DNA of 58,886 bases from Desulfuromonadales bacterium (GCA_034370465.1 JAXMLA010000192.1:1-58886), one strand, 5' to 3'; counted from the stretch's first letter, positions 39,473 to 50,700 are shown. Program-made: numbers and translations. The notes: a model not told the origin generated them from the letters alone.

Positions 39473-40954
39473 ATGACACTGCAAAGAATTCGCGCCGATT
39501 GGTTCTCCAATCTGCGCGGCGACGCCCTCGCCGGGATCGTCGTTGCCCTGGCCCTCATCCCCGAAGCCATTGCCTTTTCGATCATTGCCGGGGTGGATCC
39601 CAAAGTCGGTCTTTATGCGTCCTTCTGTATTGCCGTCATCACCGCTTTTGCCGGCGGACGACCGGGGATGATCTCCGCCGCGACCGGCGCCATGGCCCTG
39701 TTGATGGTGCTGCTGGTCAAAAATTATGGTCTGCAGTATCTGCTGGCGGCGACGATCCTGACCGGTGTGCTGCAGATTCTGGCCGGGAGCTTCCGCCTCG
39801 GAGCGCTGATGCGCTTTGTGTCGCGCTCGGTGGTGACCGGCTTCGTCAATGCCCTGGCGATCCTCATCTTTATCGCCCAACTTCCCGAACTCACCAATGT
39901 TGGCTGGCAGGTCTACGCCATGGTCGCGGCCGGGCTCGCCTTGATCTACCTCTTCCCTTATATCTCCAAAGCGATTCCTTCACCCCTGGTCTGTATTGTC
40001 GTCCTGACCGCGATCACGATCTATCTGGGGATTGATATCCGTACGGTCGGGGATATGGGCGCCCTCCCCGACAGCCTGCCGATCTTCCTCCTCCCGGATC
40101 TGCCGCTGAACTTGACCACCCTGGCGATCATCTTCCCCTTTTCCGCGACCTTGGCAGTGGTCGGTCTTTTGGAATCGATGATGACCGCGACCATCATTGA
40201 TGATCTCACCGATACACCCAGCAACAAGAACCGCGAATGTGTCGGTCAGGGCGTCGCCAATATCGCTTCCGGCTTTCTTGGCGGCATGGCCGGGTGTGCG
40301 ATGATCGGGCAATCGGTGATCAATATCAAATCCGGGGGACGCGGGCGAATGTCGACGCTCCTGGCCGGCGTCTTCCTCCTGCTTATGGTCGTCTTTCTCG
40401 GCAATTGGGTGGCGCGCATTCCCATGGCTGCTTTGGTAGCGGTGATGATCATGGTCGCCATCGGTACCTTCAGCTGGGGATCGATTCGCAATCTGCGCAC
40501 CCATCCCAAGAGTTCGAGTATTGTCATGATCTCCACTGTCCTGGTCGTCGTCTCGACGCATGACCTCGCCAAGGGGGTGCTGGTCGGTGTTCTCCTCAGC
40601 GCCCTCTTCTTTGCCCACAAGATCAGCCGGATCTTTTATGTCAGTTCAAGCTTGTGGGACGATGGCCTGACCCGGCATTATGACGTCATCGGTCAGGTCT
40701 TCTTCACCTCGTCCGAACAGTTCATTGCCGCCTTCGACTTCAAGGAAGCGTTGCAAAAGGTGCAGATCGATCTGCGCCGCGCGCATTTTTGGGATATTAC
40801 GGCGATCAGTTCCCTGGATAAGGTGATTCTGAAGTTTCGCCGTGAAGGGACGGAGGTGGAGATTCTCGGGCTCAACGAAGCGAGCGCCACCATGGTCGAC
40901 CGTTTTGCTATTCACGATAAGCCGGATGCGATCGAGCGTCTGATGGGACACTAA
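39473..40954 (+). CDS. SulP family inorganic anion transporter
   Basis: [29 protein letters not shown]-terminal STAS. Confidence 0.95.
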   Translation: MTLQRIRADWFSNLRGDALAGIVVALALIPEAIAFSIIAGVDPKVGLYASFCIAVITAFAGGRPGMISAATGAMALLMVLLVKNYGLQYLLAATILTGVLQILAGSFRLGALMRFVSRSVVTGFVNALAILIFIAQLPELTNVGWQVYAMVAAGLALIYLFPYISKAIPSPLVCIVVLTAITIYLGIDIRTVGDMGALPDSLPIFLLPDLPLNLTTLAIIFPFSATLAVVGLLESMMTATIIDDLTDTPSNKNRECVGQGVANIASGFLGGMAGCAMIGQSVINIKSGGRGRMSTLLAGVFLLLMVVFLGNWVARIPMAALVAVMIMVAIGTFSWGSIRNLRTHPKSSSIVMISTVLVVVSTHDLAKGVLVGVLLSALFFAHKISRIFYVSSSLWDDGLTRHYDVIGQVFFTSSEQFIAAFDFKEALQKVQIDLRRAHFWDITAISSLDKVILKFRREGTEVEILGLNEASATMVDRFAIHDKPDAIERLMGH

Positions 40955-40968
40955 CCGGGAGAGAGTGT

Positions 40969-41823
40969 ATGAAGACAACTGTACTGGCTTGTATCGACGG
41001 TTCCACCTATTCTCCGGCCGTCTGTGACTATGCGGCCTGGGCGGCCCTGCGTCTCGACGCCCCCCTGACCTTTTTGCGGGTGATGAACAAAGTGCGCGAT
41101 GATCGCCTGGCCGATCTCAGCGGCAGCATCGGCTTTGGCGCCCAGGAAGCCCTCCTTGAAGAGATGGCTTCGCTCGACGAGCAGCGCGGCAAACTCGCCC
41201 AGGAACAGGGGCGCCAGATGCTGGCCGCGGCCAAAGAGCGCGCCCGCGCCGCCGGAGTTGCCGAGCCCGAAGGACGCCAGCGTCATGGAGAGCTGGTCGA
41301 CACCCTGATCGAACTCGAAGAGGGGATTCGTCTTCTGGTCCTCGGCAAACGCGGCTCCTCGGCGGAGATTGCTGCCGAGCACCTCGGGAGCCATCTCGAA
41401 CGGGTGATTCGCGCCATGCATCGCCCGATCCTGGTGACGACCGCCACCTTCCGCACTCCGCAACGGATCATGCTCGCCTTCGATGGCAGTGCCACCACCC
41501 GCAAAGGGGTCGAGATGGTCGCGGCCAGCCCGATGTTCAAGGGGTTGCCCTGTCATCTGGTCATGGTCGGTGCCGACACGGTCGATGCCCGCGGCCAACT
41601 GGCCCATGCCCGACAAACCCTGGAAGATGCCGGGTTTGCGGCACCGGCCGTGATCCTCCCCGGCGAGGTGGAACAGGTCTTGGCCGCTTACCAGCAAAAG
41701 GAGGAAATTGACCTGATGATCATGGGCGCTTACGGCCATTCACGGATTCGCCAACTCCTGATCGGCAGCACCACCACGGCGATGATTCGTAATTCTACCG
41801 TGCCGCTGCTGTTGCTTCGCTAA
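40969..41823 (+). CDS. Universal stress protein (tandem USP)
   Basis: ACIDGS, VLGKRG, GSHLERV, MGAYGHSRIR..GSTT. Confidence 0.93.
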   Translation: MKTTVLACIDGSTYSPAVCDYAAWAALRLDAPLTFLRVMNKVRDDRLADLSGSIGFGAQEALLEEMASLDEQRGKLAQEQGRQMLAAAKERARAAGVAEPEGRQRHGELVDTLIELEEGIRLLVLGKRGSSAEIAAEHLGSHLERVIRAMHRPILVTTATFRTPQRIMLAFDGSATTRKGVEMVAASPMFKGLPCHLVMVGADTVDARGQLAHARQTLEDAGFAAPAVILPGEVEQVLAAYQQKEEIDLMIMGAYGHSRIRQLLIGSTTTAMIRNSTVPLLLLR

Positions 41824-41867
41824 CGCGACCGTTGTCTGGTTGAGAATGCTCAAGGGGAGAATGAGCC

Positions 41868-42221
41868 ATGCGTGACGATCTCGATCTGAATTTTTTCAAG
41901 CAACTTCTCGAAGAGCGGTTGGCCGCTATTCAAACCGGACGGGCAGCGCAGCAGAAGGAGGGGGCGCCGGTTCCTCTCGATCAATCCTGCGTGGGCCGTT
42001 TATCGCGGATGGACGCCATGCAGCAGCAGGCCATGGCGCAGGCGACCGGACAGCGGACCGAAATCGAGGCGCAACGACTCCGTGCGGCGCTTAGCCGCTG
42101 GCATTCCGGTGAGTACGGTTACTGCGTGCAGTGCGATGAAGAGATTGCCGAAGGACGCCTGCGCAGCGATCCCGGCAATCTGCTCTGTATTGACTGCGCT
42201 CGAAAGACGAAGGGGAAATGA
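41868..42221 (+). CDS. TraR/DksA C4 zinc-finger protein
   Basis: GRLSRMDAMQQQ, YGYCVQC, RL...CIDC. Confidence 0.9.
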   Translation: MRDDLDLNFFKQLLEERLAAIQTGRAAQQKEGAPVPLDQSCVGRLSRMDAMQQQAMAQATGQRTEIEAQRLRAALSRWHSGEYGYCVQCDEEIAEGRLRSDPGNLLCIDCARKTKGK

Positions 42222-42234
42222 TCGACCTTCTTTC

Positions 42235-44322
42235 TCAGCGCGGTAGAAAATCAGACGGCTCATCCGTGTGGGTCAGAACCAGTACGTGCATCGCCCGCGT
42301 GCAAGCAACGTAGAGCATGTTGCGGTCCATCGGGGTGTGGTAGGTGACGGCGCTGACATCCGGCACGATCACGCGATCGAACTCCAGCCCCTTGGCCAGG
42401 TGCGCAGTACAGACGATGATCCCGCCCGAAAACGCGGTGCTCCGCGCATCGAGGAGCCGCACCCGAAACCCCTCCTTATTCAACACCGTCGCAATCTTTT
42501 CAGCCTGCTTCTGGGTCTTGCAGATAATCCCCAGATTATTATGGTTCGAAGCGCGGAATTCCTCAGCCTGCTGCCGGATCGCAGTCATCTCTTCGCCCTT
42601 GCTTTGGCAGGCCAGCACCAGAGGCGGTTGACCCGGCCGTTCCATCGGCACCAAATCCGGATTGAAGCAGATGTGCTGGGCGAATTGCATAATCGGCAAG
42701 GTGGAGCGATAGCTCTTGGTCAAGGTCATGTAGTTGGCGCCGGCGAAGGCTTTTTGGATGTCCTCCGCTCGCGAGGCGCTGTAGGGATTCACCGCTTGCG
42801 TCACATCGCCGAGGATGGTCTTGCGGCAGGCAAAGAGGCGGGCGAGGACCGCATACTGCACCGGCGTGTAGTCCTGCATCTCATCGATGAGCAGGTGCTT
42901 GACCGCCTTGTGCGGGTTGTCAATCCCTTCCAGGCGCAGTTTGAGGTAAATCAGCGGGAAGAGGTCGGCGTATTCGAGCTTGCTCCCCTTGGCGGGCTTG
43001 AAGAGTTCCGGCTGGCCCAGCCAATCATAAAACCCCTTGTAAGTTGTGCGCAGGGTCGAAGTGCGGTGCATCTTCTTGAGAGCTGCCCGCAGCGTCCGGC
43101 GCTCTTCGCTGCTGATATCGTAGTTGTAGTCAATCCCCAGCTTCGTCTCGACCGCCCCGACCACCCGGGTCAGGCGCTCAGGCACAGCCACCCCGCGATG
43201 CCGGGCAAAGGTGTCAGCGATGAAGCTGGCCGGCACGCAGCGGCGGCCGAAGGAAATATCGGCGGCAGTGAAGATCGTCGCTTCGACATGCTCGGCGTAC
43301 GCAGCCAATCTCTTCAGAAAATCGGCCGAGGACTTGACCGCAATGCGCTGCCGCATCGCTGCGTCGTTGGTTTCGAGGAGTAAGGCGATCTGCTCGAAAA
43401 AGGTCTGAAAGGGAACCTTGCGCTCCAGCAGCTCATCAGCAAGCTGTTCCATACCGATCTCGGCCACCGATTCTTCCCCGAGTTCGGGCAGGACGTTGGA
43501 GATGTAGTCGGCAAAGACCCGGTTGGGGGAGAGGATGAGGATATCCCTGGAGCTCAGGGTCTCCTTGAAGCGGTACAACAGGAAGGCAATCCGGTGCAGG
43601 GCGATGGAGGTCTTTCCTGAACCGGCGACCCCCTGGATGATCAGGGTTTGCGCGTCTTCATCGCGAATAATCGCATTCTGGTCACGCTGGATGGTGGCGA
43701 CGATATTCTTCATGCCGTCGTCCGAGGCCTGTGCCAGCTCCTTCTGGAGGACATCGTCAACGATGTTGAGCCCGCTCTCCAGCATGAACTCCATGGCGCC
43801 GTCGCGAATCCGGAATTGACGCTTGAGCGTGACTTCCCCCGGAATCTTCCCGGCCGGGGAGAGATAAGCGGCCGGACCGATCTCGAAATCGTAAAAGAGG
43901 GTGGCGATCGGCGCGCGCCAGTCGAAGACCAGGTGCTCCTTCTCGTGCTCATCGTAGAAGTGGTGCACGCCGATATAGTAAACTTTGCTGGCGGGTTCGC
44001 TGTCTTGGGCAAAGTCGAAGCGGCCGAAATAAGGGGAACGCGCCAGTTTGAGCAGCCGCGTTCTTTGCGCCAGGATGCTATCTCCGGTCATAACCGTCTG
44101 CCCGATCGCCTCACGCGTCGCGATCTTTTCGACGTGATCCATCTCCGAGCGATTTTCCCAGAGATAAGTCTTCTGCTCCTGAATCTCTTGCTGATAGCGC
44201 GAAAGGCGCTTGTCAATCTTTTGCACGGTGTGATGCAGCCGACGCTGCACATCGGCGAGATGGGCGCGTTCCTCTGCCTCGGGGTTCTGTTCTTTGGCTA
44301 TATGGTTACTTGCGGATTTCAT
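42235..44322 (-). CDS. UvrD-like SF1 helicase/ATPase, HelD-like
   Basis: SPYFGRFDF, DWRAP, IVATIQRDQN, QGVAGSGKT..LHR, IDEMQD, KGLEFD, YVACTRA. Confidence 0.88.
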   Translation of the reverse strand: MKSASNHIAKEQNPEAEERAHLADVQRRLHHTVQKIDKRLSRYQQEIQEQKTYLWENRSEMDHVEKIATREAIGQTVMTGDSILAQRTRLLKLARSPYFGRFDFAQDSEPASKVYYIGVHHFYDEHEKEHLVFDWRAPIATLFYDFEIGPAAYLSPAGKIPGEVTLKRQFRIRDGAMEFMLESGLNIVDDVLQKELAQASDDGMKNIVATIQRDQNAIIRDEDAQTLIIQGVAGSGKTSIALHRIAFLLYRFKETLSSRDILILSPNRVFADYISNVLPELGEESVAEIGMEQLADELLERKVPFQTFFEQIALLLETNDAAMRQRIAVKSSADFLKRLAAYAEHVEATIFTAADISFGRRCVPASFIADTFARHRGVAVPERLTRVVGAVETKLGIDYNYDISSEERRTLRAALKKMHRTSTLRTTYKGFYDWLGQPELFKPAKGSKLEYADLFPLIYLKLRLEGIDNPHKAVKHLLIDEMQDYTPVQYAVLARLFACRKTILGDVTQAVNPYSASRAEDIQKAFAGANYMTLTKSYRSTLPIMQFAQHICFNPDLVPMERPGQPPLVLACQSKGEEMTAIRQQAEEFRASNHNNLGIICKTQKQAEKIATVLNKEGFRVRLLDARSTAFSGGIIVCTAHLAKGLEFDRVIVPDVSAVTYHTPMDRNMLYVACTRAMHVLVLTHTDEPSDFLPR

Positions 44323-44361
44323 CGGGCAATATTGTCCTGACACTGATGATAAGGAAAAACT

Positions 44362-45609
44362 TCAAGCCGGCACTTCTGCGGAGACCCCGCCGAGACGCCA
44401 GCGCACGAGAAAACTCACCCCGACCGCCAGCAGACCGAGTCCGGCGCAGCCGGCAACAATGTACGAGAAGGAGACACCGACCTTGAGCAGCCCGCCGAGC
44501 AGCACCGGGCCGAGGGCGGTGGCAAAGACGCCGACCGTCGTTACCGTCCCCTTGGTCGCCCCCAGGGACTTTATCCCGTAAATCTCCGCCCACAGGGAGG
44601 TCATTGTCGGTCCGGCGATCCCTTGACTCACCCCGGCGAGAGTGAGGTAAAGGAGCGCGACCCAGGGCGCCGAGCCCAGAGCCAGGATGACCAGACCGGC
44701 ACAGAGGGGGAGGAGGATAAAGGGAAAGAGAAAGAGAGCTCCGTAGCGATCGATCCACGGACCGACGAGGAGCGAAGCGACCATGCGGGCACCGGCAAAA
44801 CCGATGAACCCCGTCGCCATGATCTGGGTCGTCCAGCCCCGACTCTCCGCCAGCGGCATCTGGTAAAGAAAGAGGGCGGTGAGGACCAGCGGCAAAAAGA
44901 GGTTCCCCGGCAGGAGGGCGTAAAAGCGCCCGTCACGCAGCAGCGCCAAATTGGCCGGAGGGGCCGGATGCTCTTCCGGCGCCGAGTCAGAGTTCTCCGG
45001 CACTGCACGCAGCAGCCAGACGATCGCCGGCAGCAGCACCAGGACGATGACAGCACCAAGGATCGTCCAGCTCAGGCGCCACCCCACGCCATGAACCAGG
45101 AAGACCACGCAGAGGGGAAGAATTCCTTCGCCGAGGGGATAGCCGAGCCCGGAGAGGCTCAGCGCCCGTCCTCGCCCCGACACGAAGAGTCGCGCCATGG
45201 TCGTCGATGCGGTCAGCGTCAACAACCCCTGCCCGGTCAGTCGCAGACCGAGGAGGGCCGCGAAGAGCACCACCACATTCGGGGCCAGCGCCAGGGCCAG
45301 ACAAGAGAGCGCCAGACCCAGTCCTGCCGCCAAAGTGAAACGGCGCAGCGGTACGCGATCGAGAAGGCCCCCGAAATAGGGGAGACAGGTAGCCGACGCC
45401 AGGGTGGCGGCGGCGTACAGCGTTCCAAACTGCGCGGTATCGAGCGCGAAGGTCGTCAGAAACTGGGGGACAAAGACGGAAATCAGAAATGTCTGGCCAA
45501 AACTGGAGAAGAGGGTCAGCAGCAGACCAAAGGACAAGATCTGCGGATGGCGCCGATAAAAAGGGAGATAACCCCAAGGTTCTCTCGTCTGGGGAAGTGA
45601 ACCGATCAA
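44362..45609 (-). CDS. MFS transporter
   Basis: About 12 TM segments, SSFGQTF, GGLLDR, RGRALS. Confidence 0.9.
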   Translation of the reverse strand: MIGSLPQTREPWGYLPFYRRHPQILSFGLLLTLFSSFGQTFLISVFVPQFLTTFALDTAQFGTLYAAATLASATCLPYFGGLLDRVPLRRFTLAAGLGLALSCLALALAPNVVVLFAALLGLRLTGQGLLTLTASTTMARLFVSGRGRALSLSGLGYPLGEGILPLCVVFLVHGVGWRLSWTILGAVIVLVLLPAIVWLLRAVPENSDSAPEEHPAPPANLALLRDGRFYALLPGNLFLPLVLTALFLYQMPLAESRGWTTQIMATGFIGFAGARMVASLLVGPWIDRYGALFLFPFILLPLCAGLVILALGSAPWVALLYLTLAGVSQGIAGPTMTSLWAEIYGIKSLGATKGTVTTVGVFATALGPVLLGGLLKVGVSFSYIVAGCAGLGLLAVGVSFLVRWRLGGVSAEVPA

Positions 45610-45920
45610 AGTTTTACACCACGGAGAGCAAGAGCCTTTTCCAAATCAACGAACTCGATCGACCCCTCCTGTTCCGTTAATTTGCCATCGATGAAGATTG
45701 TCGGCAGAGCCTTGAGCCCTTTGTTCCGTAACAGAACGGCAACACCGGCATGCTCGACAAAGGCCATAGGATTCTGCTCAAACTCATACCGCTGCACTTC
45801 GACGCCAGCCTTTTTAGCCATGAGCAAGAAATACTGCCCCTCGGCCCATTTCAGGGCGGCGGAGGGTGAATCGCTTACCTTGGGATCGTATTTTGCGGAT
45901 TCGAAAATTTCGATTTTCAT
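45606..45920 (-). CDS. ArsD-like protein lacking cysteines
   Basis: MKIEIFE, GVEVQRYEFEQNPMAFVE, GLKALP..IDG resemble the ArsD fold. Confidence 0.65.
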   Translation of the reverse strand: MKIEIFESAKYDPKVSDSPSAALKWAEGQYFLLMAKKAGVEVQRYEFEQNPMAFVEHAGVAVLLRNKGLKALPTIFIDGKLTEQEGSIEFVDLEKALALRGVKL

Positions 45921-46421
45921 GCGTAAAGGCTCCTGATTATAAGAGGGCGGTCAAGAATCGGCTTCGGATGAGACCGTTTTGCCCTCTCGGCAGAAGTGTC
46001 GGCAGCGAGTTTTACAAAAAGATGCGTACAGACTTTACGGGCAGGGAGGTCGGCTTACTGCGGTGAACAGATTTTCAGGGTGGCGTAAGGAGAAGAGCGA
46101 AGAGCGGGTGAGAAAGGAGGATGTTACAGCGGCGATGTAGCGGATTATTCGAGTCCATCATCATAATGGCGCGAATTATAAACAAAAATTTTCAGTATGT
46201 CCACCGCAAAGTTTTTTCGGATCGCTATGGATGGGATATAAACCTTGACGTCTTCGTGGTTTCGCTCCTTGCGTGCTGCTGTTAGAGTACAACTAGAGCA
46301 AAACCGGTGGGAAGGATTTGACGCGGATTAATAGTCGCCGAAAAAAGTCATGATTATGCATGGGGGAGCTGAGATGGGTGACTAAAAAGATACCCCCTTG
46401 CTCGCTTCGCTCGCTTTCGTC

Positions 46422-48056
46422 TTACCCGCCGTGCGCTTCGCGGCCGCTCTTGTGCAGGTAGTAGTCGTAATCCCCTTCATAGATGATCATCTCGCCGTGA
46501 TCGACGACAAAGACGCGGTTGACCAGGGCGCGGAGGAAGTGACGGTCGTGGCTGACGAGGATGACGGTGCCGCCGAAGTCCTGCAGCGCCTGCAACAACA
46601 GTTCGCGCGAGTCGATGTCGAGATGGTTGGTCGGTTCGTCGAGGATGAGGAAGTTCAACGGGCGGGCGAGGAGGGTGGCGAGGACCACCCGGCTCTTCTC
46701 GCCGCCGGAGAGGCGATCGATGCGCTTCTCGGCGGTCTCGCCGCTGAAGAGGAAGGCGCCGCAGAGGTTGTGCACCGCACCGATGGTGGCGTTGGGGAGG
46801 GCATTCTGCACCGTCTCGAAGACGGTGAGCTTGGGGTCGAGGATCTCCATGGCGTGCTGGCTGAAGTAACCGGTCTGCACGCTGGCGCCGATGACGGCGC
46901 TGCCGGCGCTCGGCTCGGTCTGGCCGGCGAGGACCTTGAGGAAGGTCGATTTACCGGCGCCGTTGACGCCGACCACCGCGATCTTTTCGCCGCGCCGGAT
47001 CAGGCCGTTGACGCCGCCGAAGACCGACTTGACGCTGCCGTCCGGGAGTTCCCAGCCCTTGGCGAGGCCTTCGATCTTGACGACATCGTCGCCGCTGCGC
47101 GGCACCGGCGGGAATTCGAACTTGACCTTGCGCTGCGCCGCCGGAATCTCGATGCGCTCGATCTTGTCGATCTTCTTCACCCGCGATTGCACCTGGGCGG
47201 CATGACTGGCGCGGGCGGCAAAGCGGGCGATGAACTCCTCCTCCTTGGCGAGCATCTCCTGCTGGCGACGATGGCTGGCGAGGAGCTGTTCGAGGCGGAT
47301 ATCGCGCTCCCGTTCGTAGTAGTCGTAGTCGCCGGTATAAGTCGTGATCGTCCCGCTTGAGACCTCGATGATCCGTTTCACCGAGCGGTTCATGAACTCG
47401 CGGTCATGGCTGGTCATGAGCAGCGCCCCTTTGAAGTCGGTGGATAGCCACTCTTCGAGCCAGATGATCGATTCGACGTCGAGATGGTTGGTCGGCTCGT
47501 CCAACAGGAGATAGTCGGGGTTGAGGGTAAGGATCTTGGCGAGGGCGATGCGCATCTTCCAGCCGCCACTGAACGACTCAACCGGGCGATCATAGGCGTC
47601 GGGGCCGATACCGAGACCGGTGAGGACCGCCTGGGCGCGGGATTCGAGGTCGTAGCCGCCGCGATTCTCGAATTCGGCCTGGGCCTCACCGTAGCGCTCC
47701 AAAAGCGCGGTCATGACGTCATCATCCAACGGATCGCACATCTGCGCTTCCATCTGTGTCAACTCCTCGCCGAGCTGCACGGTATTGCCGGAAGCGGCCA
47801 TGACCTCGGCCAGAGCGGAGCGACCGCACATGTCGCCGACATCCTGCGAGAAGTAGCCGATCACCGCCCCCTTGGGGATGACGATGTCGCCGCTGTCGAC
47901 CTGTTCTTCGCCGGTGATCAGGCGAAAGACCGTGGTCTTGCCGGCGCCGTTCGGGCCGACCAGGCCGCTGCGGCTGCCGGGAAGGATCTGGGCGGAAGCG
48001 TTTTGAAAAAGGATCTGGCTGCCGTGCTGGCGGCTGATGTTGATGAGCTGAATCAT
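46422..48056 (-). CDS. ABC-F family ATPase
   Basis: Two ABC cassettes, FSGGW/LSGGE, DEPTNHLD x2, no TM domain. Confidence 0.95.
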   Translation of the reverse strand: MIQLINISRQHGSQILFQNASAQILPGSRSGLVGPNGAGKTTVFRLITGEEQVDSGDIVIPKGAVIGYFSQDVGDMCGRSALAEVMAASGNTVQLGEELTQMEAQMCDPLDDDVMTALLERYGEAQAEFENRGGYDLESRAQAVLTGLGIGPDAYDRPVESFSGGWKMRIALAKILTLNPDYLLLDEPTNHLDVESIIWLEEWLSTDFKGALLMTSHDREFMNRSVKRIIEVSSGTITTYTGDYDYYERERDIRLEQLLASHRRQQEMLAKEEEFIARFAARASHAAQVQSRVKKIDKIERIEIPAAQRKVKFEFPPVPRSGDDVVKIEGLAKGWELPDGSVKSVFGGVNGLIRRGEKIAVVGVNGAGKSTFLKVLAGQTEPSAGSAVIGASVQTGYFSQHAMEILDPKLTVFETVQNALPNATIGAVHNLCGAFLFSGETAEKRIDRLSGGEKSRVVLATLLARPLNFLILDEPTNHLDIDSRELLLQALQDFGGTVILVSHDRHFLRALVNRVFVVDHGEMIIYEGDYDYYLHKSGREAHGG

Positions 48057-48086
48057 GGGTTTCCTTGGGAGGTTATTTTTGAATTC

Positions 48087-48171
48087 GTAGGTTGGGTTAG
48101 CCCGCAGGGCGTAACCCAACGTTTTGCGGATTATCGGGATCGTCGGGTTACGCTGCGCTAACCCGACCTAC
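48087..48171. repeat. GTAG-type REP inverted doublet (REPIN-like)
   Basis: GTAGGTTGGGTTAGC..GCGTAACCCAAC-spacer-GTCGGGTTACGC..GCTAACCCGACCTAC. Confidence 0.8.
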
Positions 48172-48176
48172 ATTCT

Positions 48177-49001
48177 TTATCTCCTCATCCGCCACCTACC
48201 CGCCAGCGCCGCCACTACAAAGAGCAGAAACGAAGCGACGATGATCGTCCCGCCGGTCGGCAGATTCAGGGCAAAGGAGGCGAGGATGCCGCTGAGGACC
48301 GAGAGGATGCCGCAGGCAGCAGCCAGCAGGAGGGTCGGCAAAAAACCGCGGCCAAGTTGCAGCGCCGCCACCGGCGGCAGGATGAGGAGGGCGGAGACGA
48401 GCATGATTCCGACCAGCTTCATGGCGAGGACGACGGTGAGGGCGGTGAGGAGCACCAGAATAATATTGGCGCGGCCGGTATTGATCCCCGAGGTGCGGGC
48501 GAGATCTTCATCGAAGGCGACGGCAAAGAAGGCGCGGCCGCGCAGCGCCACCACCGCGATAACGACGATCGCGAGAGCGGCGGTGAGGAGGACATCGTTG
48601 CGGGTGATGATCAGGATATTGCCGAAGAGATAGCTGAAGAGATCGACATTATAGCCGCCGGAAAGACTGGAAAGGATAACGCCGAGAGCGATACCGAGGG
48701 CGGAGACGATGCCGATGGCGGTATCGCCATGAATGCGGGCGCTGGAAGTCAGCTTGAGAATGCCGAGGGCGCCGACCAGGACCAACGGAATCGCCGCATA
48801 AGTCACCCAGTGGGCGCTGACGCCGCAGAGGAGGACGAGGGCGACACTGCCGAAGGTGAAGTGGGCGAGGCCGTCGCCGATCAGGGAGAAGCGGCGCAGC
48901 ACCAAAAAGAGGCCGAGGAGGGCACAGAGGAGACCGATCAGCGTCCCGGCGATCAGGGCGCGCTGGATAAAGCCGTAGCCAAAGATCTCGAAAGTTGGCA
49001 T
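48177..49001 (-). CDS. znuB: Zinc ABC transporter permease
   Basis: SLIGDGLAH, YLFGNIL, VGIMLVSALLILP. Confidence 0.88.
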   Translation of the reverse strand: MPTFEIFGYGFIQRALIAGTLIGLLCALLGLFLVLRRFSLIGDGLAHFTFGSVALVLLCGVSAHWVTYAAIPLVLVGALGILKLTSSARIHGDTAIGIVSALGIALGVILSSLSGGYNVDLFSYLFGNILIITRNDVLLTAALAIVVIAVVALRGRAFFAVAFDEDLARTSGINTGRANIILVLLTALTVVLAMKLVGIMLVSALLILPPVAALQLGRGFLPTLLLAAACGILSVLSGILASFALNLPTGGTIIVASFLLFVVAALAGRWRMRR

Positions 49002-49765
49002 CAGCAGTGGTCTCCGTGATGATGATAGATGGTCTTGTTCGAGTGTTCGCCGAAGAAGCTGGTCATCTCCGCCGACGCGCAGAACTCGGCAAAGGTGCCG
49101 TCAAAGATCACGGTTTTGTCGAGGTAGACAAAGCGCTTGGCATACTGACCGATATTCCAGGTGTCGTGGGTAATGAGGATAATCGCCGTCCCCAGCTCAC
49201 GGTTGAGCTCCTTGACAATGTCGTAGAAATCCTCCCGCGTCTCCGGGTCGAGGGCGGTGGTCGGTTCATCAAGGAGGAGGAGGGCCGGGCGGCCCACCAG
49301 GGCCCGGGCGAGGAGGGCGCGCTGCTGCTGCCCGCCGGAAAGGTGACCGATCAGCTGCTGGCGCAGATCGATAATCCCCATGCGGCTGAGGATCTCTTCG
49401 AGTTGTTTGGCTTCACGGTTGTCGATGCGGCGCTTCGGGCCGTTCTTGTCAATGAAGCCGAGACGGACGATCTCTTCGACGGTGGCGGGGAAGTGGGGGT
49501 TGGCAAAGCTGAGGCGCTGGGGGAGATAGCCGATCTTCTGCCAGTCGTTGAAGAGTGACAACGGTTGTCCAAGGAGGCGGACGGTGCCGGAGGTGACGGG
49601 GACAAGGCCGAGCATCGCCCGGATCAGGGTACTCTTCCCTGAACCGTTGGGGCCGACAATGCCGAGATAGTCGCCGGTCTGCACCTGAAAAGAGATGTCG
49701 CGGAGAATATCGGTACTGCCGTAGGCAATATGCAGTTGTTCGGCTTGGAGGAGGATCATCGGCAT
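49001..49765 (-). CDS. znuC: Zinc ABC transporter ATPase
   Basis: GPNGSGKS, IGYLPQ, LSGGQQQR, His-rich tail. Confidence 0.88.
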   Translation of the reverse strand: MPMILLQAEQLHIAYGSTDILRDISFQVQTGDYLGIVGPNGSGKSTLIRAMLGLVPVTSGTVRLLGQPLSLFNDWQKIGYLPQRLSFANPHFPATVEEIVRLGFIDKNGPKRRIDNREAKQLEEILSRMGIIDLRQQLIGHLSGGQQQRALLARALVGRPALLLLDEPTTALDPETREDFYDIVKELNRELGTAIILITHDTWNIGQYAKRFVYLDKTVIFDGTFAEFCASAEMTSFFGEHSNKTIYHHHGDHC

Positions 49766-50700
49766 TGAAGTCCGATCTGCAGATTCTTCAGGTTGCGCTC
49801 CATGATCTCGACAAAAGTGATCCCCCGCTCAAAGTCGGCTTTGCTGACATTATGGGCGGCACTGAGCAGGAGAACCGATCCGCCTGCTTCTTTGGCAATC
49901 GTCTCCGCCAGCTTGGGCGAGACCAGCTCTTCGCTGAAGAGGTAACGGAGATCTTGGCGGCGCATCTGCTTAACTAGGGCCGCCATCGTCGCCGCCGTCG
50001 GCTCGGCTTCGGGATTGACGGCGGCGGCGGCATGATACTTCAGGCCGTAGCGGGCGGTGAGATAGCCGAGGGCAAAGTGGCCGCCCTGCAACAGTGTCCG
50101 TTTTTTGCAATCGGCAAGGCTGCGGCGGTAATCGGCATCAAGGCGATCAAGACGGCCCCGATACGCCGCGGCATTGGCGAGATAAAGGTCGCGATGCGCC
50201 GGATCTTTGCCGGCCATCGCCTCGGCGATATTGTCGACCATGACCTGCGCGTTGGCAAAGTCGAGCCAGAGGTGGGGATCGATCGCCCCGGCGTTATGAG
50301 CGTGGGCATGGGCATCATGCTCATCCGCATCGCCGCTGCTCGGGCGCAATTGCGCCCCGACGCTGGCATCGACGATCGTCACCTTGGCCGGATCGACGCT
50401 CTTTGCTATCGTCGCCGCCCAGACCTCCATCGCTTTGTGGGTGTAGATGAAGAGACCGGCGCGATTGACGCGGAGGATATCATCGGGTTTCGGGTCGAAA
50501 CTGTGCGCCTCTACCCCCGGCGGCAGGAGCAGGGTGACCTCGACCTGGTCGCCGCCGATTTGCCGGACAAAGTCGTAAAGGGGGAAGAGGGAGGTAACGA
50601 CCTGCAGCTTGGTGGCGGCGGGCGGAGCACTCTCGGGTTTATTGCACGCCGGCAAAAAGAGGCCGCTGAAAAGCAGAATAAGGAGGAGAATCCTGGGCAT
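49756..50700 (-). CDS. znuA: Zinc ABC transporter substrate-binding lipoprotein
   Basis: Lipobox LPAC, EAHSFDP, His-rich loop, DPHLWL. Confidence 0.9.
   Translation of the reverse strand: MPRILLLILLFSGLFLPACNKPESAPPAATKLQVVTSLFPLYDFVRQIGGDQVEVTLLLPPGVEAHSFDPKPDDILRVNRAGLFIYTHKAMEVWAATIAKSVDPAKVTIVDASVGAQLRPSSGDADEHDAHAHAHNAGAIDPHLWLDFANAQVMVDNIAEAMAGKDPAHRDLYLANAAAYRGRLDRLDADYRRSLADCKKRTLLQGGHFALGYLTARYGLKYHAAAAVNPEAEPTAATMAALVKQMRRQDLRYLFSEELVSPKLAETIAKEAGGSVLLLSAAHNVSKADFERGITFVEIMERNLKNLQIGLQCR

Noticed and set aside
48057-48119. N-terminal extension MGYALRANPTY on the ABC-F ORF
   Set aside because: It is translated REP sequence; the real start is more likely ATG 48056
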